IMG/VR virus record: IMGVR_UViG_3300017963_000082
Length of the DNA: 49,172 bases
Source: a virus
Strand: one strand, 5' to 3'
The notes under the pieces were generated by a model, which was not told the origin of the DNA, did not search any database, and saw nothing but the letters and a program-made list of their open reading frames with translations. Shown here piece after piece: positions 7,783-16,678 of this stretch. Each line of letters starts with the position of its first letter. Within the stretch, counting starts at the first letter, position 1. Both the position numbers and the translations under genes were made by a program.

Positions 7783-8521
7783 GGTCCTCCAAGTACACGG
7801 CGAACTCTGAATCTCGAATCTTGTCCCTGACAGTGGGCCAGTCGCGGATCAGTTCCGACAACGGCTGTGGATTCACGCGCACCAGGTCACACCGCAGCGG
7901 CTCATAGCGGACCCCTAGAAACTCAACGATCTTGCGTGTCGCGCTGACCGGCACCTTGCCCGGCTTTTTGCTATCGGTGATGTCGGCATACGTCAGTTTG
8001 AGCACGCGCGGGAAATTGGCGAGTAGGCGGGACGTGCGCGCATCTCTCTGCCTCAGTCCCCGCGCCTGCTTCAAAATCGCATCTGCACTCAGTCCAATGG
8101 TCAGCGGCCCCGTGTCTTTGAACGTATGCTGTGGTCGCCTGATCTTGCCCCCGCGCGCCGCCCGGTTGATGAGTAGACTCACCGACTGCCGGACCACGTT
8201 CTCCCGCCGCAACCAAATCACCGGCGGCTTGTGTTTCTTGAGGTACTTCCACGCCTGCCCCACGAATGCCTGACTGTAAACCAATTTGCACATACTGACG
8301 TGATAGCCCTGCATATGCAGCAGGCAGTAGAGCAGTTGCCCATTGCCCGTTTGTAGATGCCGGTGCCACACGCTGCTATGGTGCAACGACTCGCCGCGGT
8401 CACAAAAGACCTGCGGGTGATTGCTCAGACAGTGCGCCAGGTAGGTGCCCCCAGAACGGACGCTGGCGATCACAACCGCAGGACGTGCCAGGTTTTTCGT
8501 CGCGTCATTCTCTAGCTTCAT
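7772..8521 (-). CDS. Sulfotransferase-like protein.
   Basis: Start set at the ATG 8519..8521, which overlaps the upstream TGA (ATGA). Contains the PAPS-loop-like VIASVRSGGTYLAHCL and the 3'-PB-like WLRRENVVRQSVS. The longer track ORF (to 8767) overlaps the previous gene by 250 nt. Confidence 0.6.
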   Translation of the reverse strand: MKLENDATKNLARPAVVIASVRSGGTYLAHCLSNHPQVFCDRGESLHHSSVWHRHLQTGNGQLLYCLLHMQGYHVSMCKLVYSQAFVGQAWKYLKKHKPPVIWLRRENVVRQSVSLLINRAARGGKIRRPQHTFKDTGPLTIGLSADAILKQARGLRQRDARTSRLLANFPRVLKLTYADITDSKKPGKVPVSATRKIVEFLGVRYEPLRCDLVRVNPQPLSELIRDWPTVRDKIRDSEFAVYLEDHDG

Positions 8522-9561
8522 TTCCTGACCCTCAATAGTGCGGCGAAACTTGTCTCTGAGCGGTTCAATGTCGGACGCTTGATGATTTTCCACTTGTGCT
8601 CTGTGTAGTAGCTGTACTCGCGCCCGCTCTTGGTCGCCGGGTCCAGATGGTTCAGAACCCCCAGGCCGAAGCCTGGCCAGTGGTGCGTCGCATCGTTGTG
8701 CGCGTTCTCGCTTTTCCAGTAGGGGAGCTTGATCTGGCACACACCGCCCGGCCTCAAGATGCGCCACACCTGGTCCATCGTGTCGTACAATGTCCGCTGT
8801 AGGTGCTCGAATACAGAGAGCGCGATCACCTTGTCAAATGAATCCTGCCGCCACGGCCACGGATAGTCCAGGTCTGCACACACATCGATCTCGCGCCTGT
8901 GCTGGATCAGGTCGTGGTTGACAGCGTAGGGCACGATCTTGTTGCCCGCACCCAGGTTCAGCACGTCCCACGGGAACCATCCGCACTGTAGCACTGCCCC
9001 CGCATTTGCCCAGCGTCCTTTCGGCGTTTGCAGCGCGGCATCCTTGGTGCATTCCTGCCATTCATTCGTCCCATCTACACGCTGCACATACCAGACGTGA
9101 TCGGCTCCCGTCTCGCCGGTTAGAATCGCCGTGTCTACCATCTTGTTGAACCCGACCGGGACCGTCGCCACAAACACGCCACCGGGGGCAAGCATCCCCT
9201 TGATGTGCCCGACGATGCGCTTGAGCGGGGCGGGCCTTGTCCGCTTGGCGTACTTGCCTTGCCCGATGTGCTCTAGCGTCGAGATGGACACGATCAGGTC
9301 GTAGGGTTCTTTTGGTTCGTGCTTCATTATGTCTATGTTGTGTACCCGCTCGCCCTTTTCGGTCAAGTCGATGATCGGCCAATCGGTCGGGCCATAATGC
9401 ATCAAGACGTTCCCGATCTCGAGTATGCGCCGCCGCTTGTCTGCCAGGTAGCGGCGGATAATGGGCACCTCCACGCTCCGCAGGTTCAAGGATGCGTTGT
9501 TGTAGGCGTGGTCAAAGTGCTTGAACTCGGTGCCTCGGAATGTGAACGGGGGACGGCTCAT
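8518..9561 (-). CDS. Protein with two tandem class-I SAM-dependent methyltransferase domains.
   Basis: Start set at the ATG 9559..9561, in an ATGA overlap with the GT stop. Domain 1 is ILEIGNV...DLIVSISTLEHI...LAPGGVFV. Domain 2 is VLNLGAGNK...DKVIALSVFEHL...LRPGGVCQI. Confidence 0.65.
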   Translation of the reverse strand: MSRPPFTFRGTEFKHFDHAYNNASLNLRSVEVPIIRRYLADKRRRILEIGNVLMHYGPTDWPIIDLTEKGERVHNIDIMKHEPKEPYDLIVSISTLEHIGQGKYAKRTRPAPLKRIVGHIKGMLAPGGVFVATVPVGFNKMVDTAILTGETGADHVWYVQRVDGTNEWQECTKDAALQTPKGRWANAGAVLQCGWFPWDVLNLGAGNKIVPYAVNHDLIQHRREIDVCADLDYPWPWRQDSFDKVIALSVFEHLQRTLYDTMDQVWRILRPGGVCQIKLPYWKSENAHNDATHHWPGFGLGVLNHLDPATKSGREYSYYTEHKWKIIKRPTLNRSETSFAALLRVRK

Positions 9562-11273
9562 CGCTTCGCCCTTCCCGTCGGATGTGCGGCAAGAAACTTG
9601 TCCACCATCGCCCACGCCTCGGGGTCAGTCAACCCCTTCCCTGTGGGCACCTGTCCTTCCCATCGGCGCGCGCGCCCAACGAAATGCAGCACACCGGCAC
9701 TCCCCTTGATCCCCGGCGGGTACTGTTGCCCCTTCCAGGTAATGAGCGTGTTCCACTCGTTGCACAGCCACAGCACACGCAGCGGCTCCGTGTACATCGC
9801 CCGGATGAACGCCCCCTGGTCGCGCCCCTTGTGGACGTTCCACTCGTCAAGCCACCGCTTGAAAAATGCCTTTGTCCGCTTGCACCGCCGGAACCCCCAC
9901 ACGCCGCCGTTGATCTGCAGCGCCTCGGTGGTCCCGAGTTGGTTGATCGTCCGCGTGTACTCCTCGGTGTTGTTGCGCCGCTGAAAGTCCTTCATTGTGT
10001 CTTTCAGATGCGCGTCCTTGCAGATCACGAACTCCCACCCGTCAGCCAGCCAGTCAAAATACACACGCGGATCATCTTTGGTGACCTCAATATCGGCGTC
10101 CAGGTAGAGAATGGATTTCCACTCTTGCGGTGCCAGGTCGTACACGCTCAACTTGGCAATGCGCCCACCAATGTCAGCATCGCGGAACTGGATCGGGATG
10201 TCCTCGTTGCCCAGTGGCTTGTCACTGACGACGGCGACCGGTACGCCTGGCATATTGGCGTGTATCGTGTCCACCAGCCGCTTGGCACACATCCGCGCCG
10301 GTAGGCCAAACGCGACACAGTAGATCCCATACTCACCATCCACCAATTCGATCGGCTTGATCTTCGGCTTGTTGTAGGTCTTGGCTTCGTGCTCCGGTGT
10401 GTGCTTGCCCAGGAACTCGGCGAACGCGGCATCGTTGGCATCACACCACGCCGCCACACTATGCGGTTTGGTCGCTGTCCGCAGCGCCTTTCGGTCCACG
10501 GTGCCCAGTTCGTCAAGCGCGGTCTTGAGCGCCTGTTCTAGCCCGCGTGCATCGCCCTTGTCGTAGCGGTAGATCCCGTGCGTGTCCGGTAGTTCATCGT
10601 GCAGGCCCACGCCGCGAGGGATGACCACCGACACGCCGCAGCTCATCGCCTCAAGCGTCGTCATCGGGCCGCCCTCGACGGACGACGTACACACGAACAC
10701 GTCAAGCGACTGGTAGAATTTGGGCATATCGTCCCACCGGTACATCTTTGTAGGACACGGCCACCCGCGCCCCGACGCCTTGAATGTGGCGCGATCTGCG
10801 AACTTGCGCACGAGGCGCTTGGCTAGATGCTCGCCCTTGCGCCCACTCTTGTACAGGTAGCCCGAGAACCCAACCACGGGAGTGCCGCCCGTTTTGCGGC
10901 CTGCGCTAATCGTGAACCTCTCCCCTTCCAGCGGTAGCGGGAACCGCAACGTTGTCCCGTGGCGCTTCTCTACTTGTGCCCGGTACATCTCATTCATACA
11001 TACGCGGATGTCGGCTGTCTGTGCCGATCTGTGGAATGCCTTGACCTTGCCACTATTCGGATCGTCCTCTAGGTGCGTCAGGTAGGTTGCTACCGGCGTC
11101 TCGCGGAACCCGGCGAACTTGTGGTGCTCAAAGTAGGCGACCATGTAGTTTAGGTCTGCCTGCGGGTTTGGCGTGTCGCTCACAGTCCACCCGTTGTGCT
11201 GCACGAGATAGCGGACAAATCGCGGCAACACGCGGTCATCTCTCCAATTCCGGCACACGATATGGATGTTCAA
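9558..11273 (-). CDS. Bifunctional glycosyltransferase: an N-terminal GT-B (GT4-like) domain plus a C-terminal GT-A (GT8-like) domain.
   Basis: The E-x7-E motif is VEGGPMTTLEAMSCG. The C-terminal half has YLDADI (DxD) and ...INGGVWGFRR...RDQGAFIRA..., paralogous to 11274..11885. The TTG start lies directly after the upstream TAG. Confidence 0.7.
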   Translation of the reverse strand: MNIHIVCRNWRDDRVLPRFVRYLVQHNGWTVSDTPNPQADLNYMVAYFEHHKFAGFRETPVATYLTHLEDDPNSGKVKAFHRSAQTADIRVCMNEMYRAQVEKRHGTTLRFPLPLEGERFTISAGRKTGGTPVVGFSGYLYKSGRKGEHLAKRLVRKFADRATFKASGRGWPCPTKMYRWDDMPKFYQSLDVFVCTSSVEGGPMTTLEAMSCGVSVVIPRGVGLHDELPDTHGIYRYDKGDARGLEQALKTALDELGTVDRKALRTATKPHSVAAWCDANDAAFAEFLGKHTPEHEAKTYNKPKIKPIELVDGEYGIYCVAFGLPARMCAKRLVDTIHANMPGVPVAVVSDKPLGNEDIPIQFRDADIGGRIAKLSVYDLAPQEWKSILYLDADIEVTKDDPRVYFDWLADGWEFVICKDAHLKDTMKDFQRRNNTEEYTRTINQLGTTEALQINGGVWGFRRCKRTKAFFKRWLDEWNVHKGRDQGAFIRAMYTEPLRVLWLCNEWNTLITWKGQQYPPGIKGSAGVLHFVGRARRWEGQVPTGKGLTDPEAWAMVDKFLAAHPTGRAKR

Positions 11274-11885
11274 CTAGTTGTCCCTCGCTGTTCCGTAGTT
11301 ATGGGCCACAACCGCGCCGCCATTCCAGGGATAGCCCAGCAGCCAGATTTTGACCGGTACTCTGTTCAGCGCCCGCAGTAGTGCCCCCTGATCCTGATTC
11401 TTGAACCGTAGCCACTCATCGCGCCACGCCTCAAAGAATCGCGCCACTTGCTCAGACTTGCGAAACCAGAACACGCCCGCCTGTAGCTGCAGCGATGTTC
11501 CAACCTCGTCAAGCGTCGCCGTCCGGTCGCGGTCATCGCAGTGCCACAGCCAGTCACGTCCCTGCTTCTCGCTGGGGACGATGACCATATCCCACCCGTC
11601 CTCAAGCATCTTGAACCCGACCTCTACATCTGAGTGCTGCGTGTGCGTGTCGGCGTCCATGTAGAGCGTGTCATCGTAGGGGCTCCACTGGTCAAGGTTC
11701 GTCTTTGCCCAGCGGGACATCTGGACGCTGTTCATCCCTCGCGGGTTGTCGGCTAGTCCCTGCGACCGGTCCAGGTCCATCAGGTCAGTCTCGAGATCGG
11801 TGTATTCACCCAGGCGTACACGCGCGCCCTCGTAGGCTTCTACCGCCTTGCGCCCAATGGCGACGTAGCAGACGCCTCGGGTCAC
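11274..11885 (-). CDS. GT-A fold (GT8-like) glycosyltransferase.
   Basis: The GTG start at 11883..11885 overlaps the upstream TGA (GTGA). Contains YMDADT (DxD), ...LQAGVFWFRK...QDQGALLRA.... Confidence 0.6.
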   Translation of the reverse strand: MTRGVCYVAIGRKAVEAYEGARVRLGEYTDLETDLMDLDRSQGLADNPRGMNSVQMSRWAKTNLDQWSPYDDTLYMDADTHTQHSDVEVGFKMLEDGWDMVIVPSEKQGRDWLWHCDDRDRTATLDEVGTSLQLQAGVFWFRKSEQVARFFEAWRDEWLRFKNQDQGALLRALNRVPVKIWLLGYPWNGGAVVAHNYGTARDN

Positions 11886-12577
11886 GGGTGTCCCTCCCCC
11901 GCTATCCACGTCACCGGTAGCGCGCAAATGATCGGCTTGGTCTGGTATAGCGCGCGCATAAAGGCCAGCTTGTCACTCTTTCCCCGTTCACGCTCTGCCA
12001 TCCACGCATCGATCAGGTCTTGCGTCTGTGGGCACCGGCGCACGTACACCAGCCCTGACTCATAGACCGGCACGCGGAGATCGTGGATCACCTCCCTCGT
12101 TAGTTCCTGATCCTCTGGGGTCCCTATGCCGCTAGCGAGTTTGCGGTAGCGCCACAGTGGCGCGGCGACCTGCCAGCCAGACGTCAGCCGATGAAAGCCG
12201 ACCATCATCAACTCAGTGCGCAGCGGCGTCCCTACGTCCCAGAGTAGCGTCTGTGGGTAGGGGAGCGATGGAGGCCCAGTCTGTACGTCAAGTTGATCCC
12301 CAAAACGCGAGGTGATCAACTCTTGCCCAGCCCCCACATCGCCTCCGGTGATGACCACCCCGCACGAGGCCAGGGAGACCACCTTGGCCCGGATGTCGCT
12401 GCGTAGGATCTCAGCCTGACCGCTAGCCACCCACAGGCGCGCCGTCTGCTTTTTGACCGCGACCCACTCACCAGCGAGATACCGCTGCATATGGTTGTGA
12501 TCGTCTGGCAACGTCTTTGACGTTAGCAGCCTGACCCAAACTTTGCCCATGTCCGACCTTTCAGAATGAGGGGGCAT
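11882..12577 (-). CDS. Hypothetical protein, the first gene of the glycan-island block.
   Basis: A 231-aa ORF with the SD GAGGGGG 5 nt upstream of the ATG at 12577. Its stop is coupled to the GT gene. No motif is recognised. Confidence 0.55.
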   Translation of the reverse strand: MPPHSERSDMGKVWVRLLTSKTLPDDHNHMQRYLAGEWVAVKKQTARLWVASGQAEILRSDIRAKVVSLASCGVVITGGDVGAGQELITSRFGDQLDVQTGPPSLPYPQTLLWDVGTPLRTELMMVGFHRLTSGWQVAAPLWRYRKLASGIGTPEDQELTREVIHDLRVPVYESGLVYVRRCPQTQDLIDAWMAERERGKSDKLAFMRALYQTKPIICALPVTWIAGEGHP

Positions 12578-12609
12578 TGCTACCCCCTCACTGTACTGTT
12601 GCTGCTGTG

Positions 12610-13047
12610 CTACGGTACGATCTCACCCCAGCGCGTAGTCGGGACCGGCTCGTAGTCGGCAACCAGTCCGAACAGGAAGTAGGCGAGTTCGACCTGTGCG
12701 TTGGCAACGGTGAACCGGACCTGGACGTAGGCATTGCCCGGCGTCAGTTCTTCGTTGCGCAGGCTGATGATGGGGCACTCGTCGCCGTCACCGCCAGCCT
12801 GGGTGAGCTGCGTGATCGCTTTGCCGGCGATCAGTGCCGCCCCGGTGCCTGCCGCGTCCGACGCTTCCCACAATTCCGCGTCAAGCGTTGCGCCCTGTGC
12901 CATATCGCCCACAGAGAGAACCAGCGCCTCGCGGTGGTACCGCCCGACATTCACCCACGCTGAAACATACGCGGCGGCGCCAAACGCATCGGCGGGCTCG
13001 TGCAACAGCGGGTCCATGTACTCGTATGGTGCTCGTGTAAATTCCAT
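12610..13047 (-). CDS. Hypothetical head-associated protein, a possible decoration or accessory protein.
   Basis: A 145-aa ORF immediately after the major capsid gene, with the SD GAGGAGGC upstream. Confidence 0.55.
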   Translation of the reverse strand: MEFTRAPYEYMDPLLHEPADAFGAAAYVSAWVNVGRYHREALVLSVGDMAQGATLDAELWEASDAAGTGAALIAGKAITQLTQAGGDGDECPIISLRNEELTPGNAYVQVRFTVANAQVELAYFLFGLVADYEPVPTTRWGEIVP

Positions 13048-13065
13048 CTTGTGATGCCTCCTCAG

Positions 13066-13087
13066 TAGGGGGACCGTGGTCCCCCTA
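13066..13087 (-). other. GC-rich stem-loop between the major capsid gene and the next gene.
   Basis: tagggggacc gt ggtcccccta forms 10 perfect pairs. No U-tract follows on the minus strand. It is a likely mRNA-stability or partial-termination element. Confidence 0.5.
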
Positions 13088-13104
13088 TGTTATCGTTGAT
13101 CAGT

Positions 13105-14436
13105 TTAGGTGGCTACAGTGTCACCCAAAACCACGAAAGGCGAAACTTGAGTAGAACCGTCGCTGTACGTAAACGGTGCGGACATCCACGGGTTACCGCC
13201 AACGCGATGCACGGAGCGCCACGCGGTCACGTCCCGTCGGAACTGGTAGTGCTTGGATGCGTCGATCGTGGTCGCCTGGCGGTCGCCGATCAGGTACTTG
13301 GACCAGTCAGCCAACAGGATCGAGCCCGTGACGCCCGGAAGCGGCATATGCTCAGACCATACAATCGGGTATCCAAAGAGGAACTGCGGGATGCTCTCGC
13401 GCACGTTGTCGATGAACACGTAGGACGGGTTAGCCGCAGGTCCGGCGATCTCGATGATGTTGTTCATCCACTGACGGGAGATCATCCAAACCGGATCCAC
13501 GCCCATAAACGCCTCGAGCATATTGGCAAAGTCGGTCACAGAGACCGCATTTGCCGCCTGGGGTGCCACGACAAGGGTCGGGGCATTCAGTGCCGCAGCG
13601 TTGACCACGCCCAGGGGCTGGCCTGCTCCGGTGCCGTTGATGAATGCCTCCTCCTCGTACCAGTCGGTGGTCTGCTGGAACAGGGACGAAAGCAGCGCCT
13701 CCAGGCTGATGATGCTGTCGCCCAAAAGCTCATCGCTGGCCTCGGTGTAGATCGCCAGCTTGTAGGCGACAAGCAATTTCTGCCGGAAGCTGGGCTCTGA
13801 CTCGTTCTTTTCCGTGGCTTCCTCGGTCCACTGCGCGATCATCCCGCCAAACCAGTTGGGCTGGCCGGATGTGGTCCCGGTCTGGTCAAGCACCGGGAAC
13901 TGGATCGCACGGCTGCGCATCGGGATCACGGTCGCCCGCTGGCGAACCACGTTCGGTGTGCCGGGGACCGCTAGAAGCTGCGTGCTCTGCTCGTTCGGCA
14001 CAAGATAGCCACCAGACGCGCCGATAGCCTCAACCAGATCCTTGGCTTCAAGCCAGCCGTTATTCAGGGCCTTTCCGGTATCCGGCTCGTTCGGGTCGCT
14101 GTGGATCTTGAGACCGGGATGCAACATCCCCTTGAACGATGCGACATACACCGCTTGCAGGAACTCGCCCAAATTCTTGAACTCGGCCTGGTTCGGCGTC
14201 TTTGGGTCGTAGCCCTGCCGATCCGAGTACTGAGCAACGGCGGTCTTGGATTCCGTCAGCTTGGCGTACTTTTCGAGGTCGCTGTTGACCTCGGCCATAC
14301 GCTCAAACATCCGGTCCAACTTTTCCTTGTCCTCAGCGGTCGCGGCCTTGTTGCCCATGATCTCTTCGGCGTCGTGGATCAGTTTCAGTTGCTCCTCTCG
14401 GAGCGCTTTTTGCTGGTCGTTCAACATAGTGCTCAT
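13105..14436 (-). CDS. Major capsid protein, HK97 fold.
   Basis: A 443-aa protein with a coiled N-terminal delta-like region (LREEQLKLIHDAEEIM...). It contains ...GASGGYLVP... and ...LGDSIISLEALL... and follows the prohead protease gene. Confidence 0.85.
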   Translation of the reverse strand: MSTMLNDQQKALREEQLKLIHDAEEIMGNKAATAEDKEKLDRMFERMAEVNSDLEKYAKLTESKTAVAQYSDRQGYDPKTPNQAEFKNLGEFLQAVYVASFKGMLHPGLKIHSDPNEPDTGKALNNGWLEAKDLVEAIGASGGYLVPNEQSTQLLAVPGTPNVVRQRATVIPMRSRAIQFPVLDQTGTTSGQPNWFGGMIAQWTEEATEKNESEPSFRQKLLVAYKLAIYTEASDELLGDSIISLEALLSSLFQQTTDWYEEEAFINGTGAGQPLGVVNAAALNAPTLVVAPQAANAVSVTDFANMLEAFMGVDPVWMISRQWMNNIIEIAGPAANPSYVFIDNVRESIPQFLFGYPIVWSEHMPLPGVTGSILLADWSKYLIGDRQATTIDASKHYQFRRDVTAWRSVHRVGGNPWMSAPFTYSDGSTQVSPFVVLGDTVAT

Positions 14437-14437
14437 T

Positions 14438-16135
14438 CTAAACCTCCAAAGATGGATACTGTTGTGCTTTGAGTTTGAATAGCTGTAGTGTTCTCAGCCT
14501 ATCCGCCTCGGAGGTGGGTGGTTCAACCGGCCCGGCCTCGTCCACGTCGCTGTCATCTGCGGCCCCTTCCTGGGGTGCAGCCATTTGCTTGTCTGCGTCC
14601 TCGGCAACCGGTTCAACCTCTGCCAACATCGCTTCGAGGTCGGACAGTGCCGCTTGTACATTGTTGATCGCTCCACGGATACGCTCCATTCGTGCGGCGC
14701 TGATTGCACGGCCTACTTTGGCTTCGCTGTTTAGCAACCGTCCCATCCGCGCCATTGGTTCATCAGTCATTGAATCCAGACGAATATCAGCTACCCCCTC
14801 GGGCATTCCAGAGTTAAGCGCGTCTAATGCGTCTCCTATCGCTGCGGACAATCCTATTCTTTGCTCTTGCGTCAAAAATCCGGCAATGATCATATCGTCT
14901 GCGAACATAGTAAAGACACGATGAATCAGGCCAGTCAACGTATCACCTAGCCGCCGAATAGGACGACCGTCTGATCCTAGTTCTTTCGCCGCTTTCGCTT
15001 TCTCCCACGGCGGCACGATGTTGTCATCGTCAAACTGTTCACGCATCCGGGCATAGTAGCGAGAGACGCGCCGCCTGATCTGCTCCTGGTCTGCTTCGGG
15101 AATGTCCACCCCGCCCCTTGCGCCTTCGAGCACAGCCGCGACCGCAAAGATCCCACGCGGGATCGCCGTCAACTCGCCGCCCACATCGTCGGCAAAGGCC
15201 AGCTTGTATGATCCAAACATCTCGGGCGCTTCCCCATCGTACCAGAAAAAGCCGTCCTTGTAGCTGTCGCTGGGCTCCTCATCTGAACCCGTCACGCGCC
15301 GGATGCCCTGTATCGCCTCTGCACTGTCCCAGGCGCGATCTCTGTCAGCAATGGGTAGATCGGTCGCCCCAGAGACCACTTTCTGCTCTGCGTCGTCTGT
15401 GGGGGCTGTCGTGTCGGGATCGGTGGCCTTTGCACTGACAACAGAGGTCGCCGGGTTCATCCCCCAGATCACATTGCTGTATTCCCAGAGGCGGATCGTC
15501 TTGAGCAGCCGTACTGCTACCTTTTCGCCGTCGATCTCTCGGAACTCCTCCTCAGTGTCCAGCGCATCATAGCCGATGGATGTCTCGGGGAGCAAGTTGC
15601 CGGCAACGAGATTGAACATATTGCGCCCGTTATCAGTATCAAGCGCGTACTGCGTTGTTGCCAGCAGTCCCCCGGTCGCCTCTGGGTAGCGTGCCGTCAC
15701 CTCAAGGGGCAATTCATCGCGCCCAATCTCACGGAGGCTTAGCGGCCTGCCAACCACGTCCAGCGCGCTGCGGTAGTTGTGCTGATCCAGCACGCGCACC
15801 CGCGATCCGTGCTCTGCGATCGTCTTGGCAAAACTACCCGGCATCACGATGTCACGCCCGTCGTCAATGATTCCGAACACGCTAACGATGTGCTCGACAA
15901 TCCCGCGCGCCTCATCAACCTCTTTGACGAATGTCGGGATCGTCTTTGTCTCAAATCCCGGGAGTGCCTTATAGTCTACTTGCTTGTTCATCGTTGCCTC
16001 ATTTGCCTGCTCATACAGGCTATTGCATACCGCGACCGCTTGCTGGCCGTCCTCCGCCGTGCCATCCTCCAGCACTTCGGGAATGCACCGTGCTACAAAA
16101 TCGTCTCTGCTCTCGCCGGGGTCAGGGGTTGGCAT
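14438..16135 (-). CDS. Prohead protease (HK97/S78-like) fused to a scaffold-like C-terminal region.
   Basis: The protease-like core is GIVEHIVSVFGIIDDGRDIVMPGSFAKTI...VRVLDQHN...IGYDALD...LWEYSNVIWGMNPAT. The long helical acidic C-terminus ends directly before the capsid gene. Confidence 0.75.
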   Translation of the reverse strand: MPTPDPGESRDDFVARCIPEVLEDGTAEDGQQAVAVCNSLYEQANEATMNKQVDYKALPGFETKTIPTFVKEVDEARGIVEHIVSVFGIIDDGRDIVMPGSFAKTIAEHGSRVRVLDQHNYRSALDVVGRPLSLREIGRDELPLEVTARYPEATGGLLATTQYALDTDNGRNMFNLVAGNLLPETSIGYDALDTEEEFREIDGEKVAVRLLKTIRLWEYSNVIWGMNPATSVVSAKATDPDTTAPTDDAEQKVVSGATDLPIADRDRAWDSAEAIQGIRRVTGSDEEPSDSYKDGFFWYDGEAPEMFGSYKLAFADDVGGELTAIPRGIFAVAAVLEGARGGVDIPEADQEQIRRRVSRYYARMREQFDDDNIVPPWEKAKAAKELGSDGRPIRRLGDTLTGLIHRVFTMFADDMIIAGFLTQEQRIGLSAAIGDALDALNSGMPEGVADIRLDSMTDEPMARMGRLLNSEAKVGRAISAARMERIRGAINNVQAALSDLEAMLAEVEPVAEDADKQMAAPQEGAADDSDVDEAGPVEPPTSEADRLRTLQLFKLKAQQYPSLEV

Positions 16136-16490
16136 TCAGGGTTCTCCGTGGCGCTCCGCAACCGTTACACTGACTCCACGCACCAAAATCAACACGCCCA
16201 CAAAACCAGCAGGTGGACTCAGACAATATGCGCTCTCGTCTTGCCATCGGAATGGTAGGATCTGTGAACGGATTGTGCGCGTGCGTCCCGATGGGCTCTA
16301 CAGATACATTCTCACCCAGATCATAGACAGGAACCACTAGAGCGTGTGTGCCGTCTCCCACATCACGGTAACGAATTTTGGGCGGTAGATATGGAGGACT
16401 CTTTGGCCTAGACTGCTTTTGGGGTGGATTTGCAACCGCCATCCTCTGCCTCACTCTCCGCACTAAACCTAGAAACTTCGTGTCGCTCAT
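16122..16490 (-). CDS. Small late protein with a degenerate copy of the shared module and a C-terminal zinc ribbon.
   Basis: Contains PPKIRYRDVGDGTHALVV (copy D) and CWFCGRVDFGAWSQCNGCG (CxxC-x10-CxxC). Confidence 0.55.
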   Translation of the reverse strand: MSDTKFLGLVRRVRQRMAVANPPQKQSRPKSPPYLPPKIRYRDVGDGTHALVVPVYDLGENVSVEPIGTHAHNPFTDPTIPMARRERILSESTCWFCGRVDFGAWSQCNGCGAPRRTLNANP

Positions 16491-16678
16491 TTCGTCTCAC
16501 TCGGCCCCAACGAGGACCGCATCGCCACACGGCTGACATAGATCGTCAGCCCACACGTGCAGGTCACAACCGCCTTGGAGTTTGGCGGGCGACCATTCAG
16601 ATCATAGGGAGTCCGGGCTTCACACCTTGGGCAGAACACCGCCCCCTTGAGTTCAATCACCTCGACGGTTGTGCTCAT
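16487..16678 (-). CDS. Small zinc-ribbon protein.
   Basis: Start set at the ATG 16676..16678, in an ATGA overlap with the portal stop. The sequence is MSTTVEVIELKGAVFCPRCE...VVTCTCGL. Confidence 0.45.
   Translation of the reverse strand: MSTTVEVIELKGAVFCPRCEARTPYDLNGRPPNSKAVVTCTCGLTIYVSRVAMRSSLGPSETK

Noticed and set aside
7772-8767. The long form of the sulfotransferase ORF (start at 8767).
   Set aside because: It would overlap the methyltransferase gene by 250 nt in another frame. The extension is Arg/Pro/Gly-rich with no SD. An ATG in an ATGA overlap at 8519..8521 gives a clean coupled start. The same logic was used to shorten 8518..9615, 11274..11927, 22726..23598, 23397..23741, 26649..27200, 29225..29545, 30166..30462, 31609..32217, 32379..32927, 33264..33626, 35018..35398, 35476..35712, 36915..37568, 37409..37945, 38833..39978 and 40472..41200.
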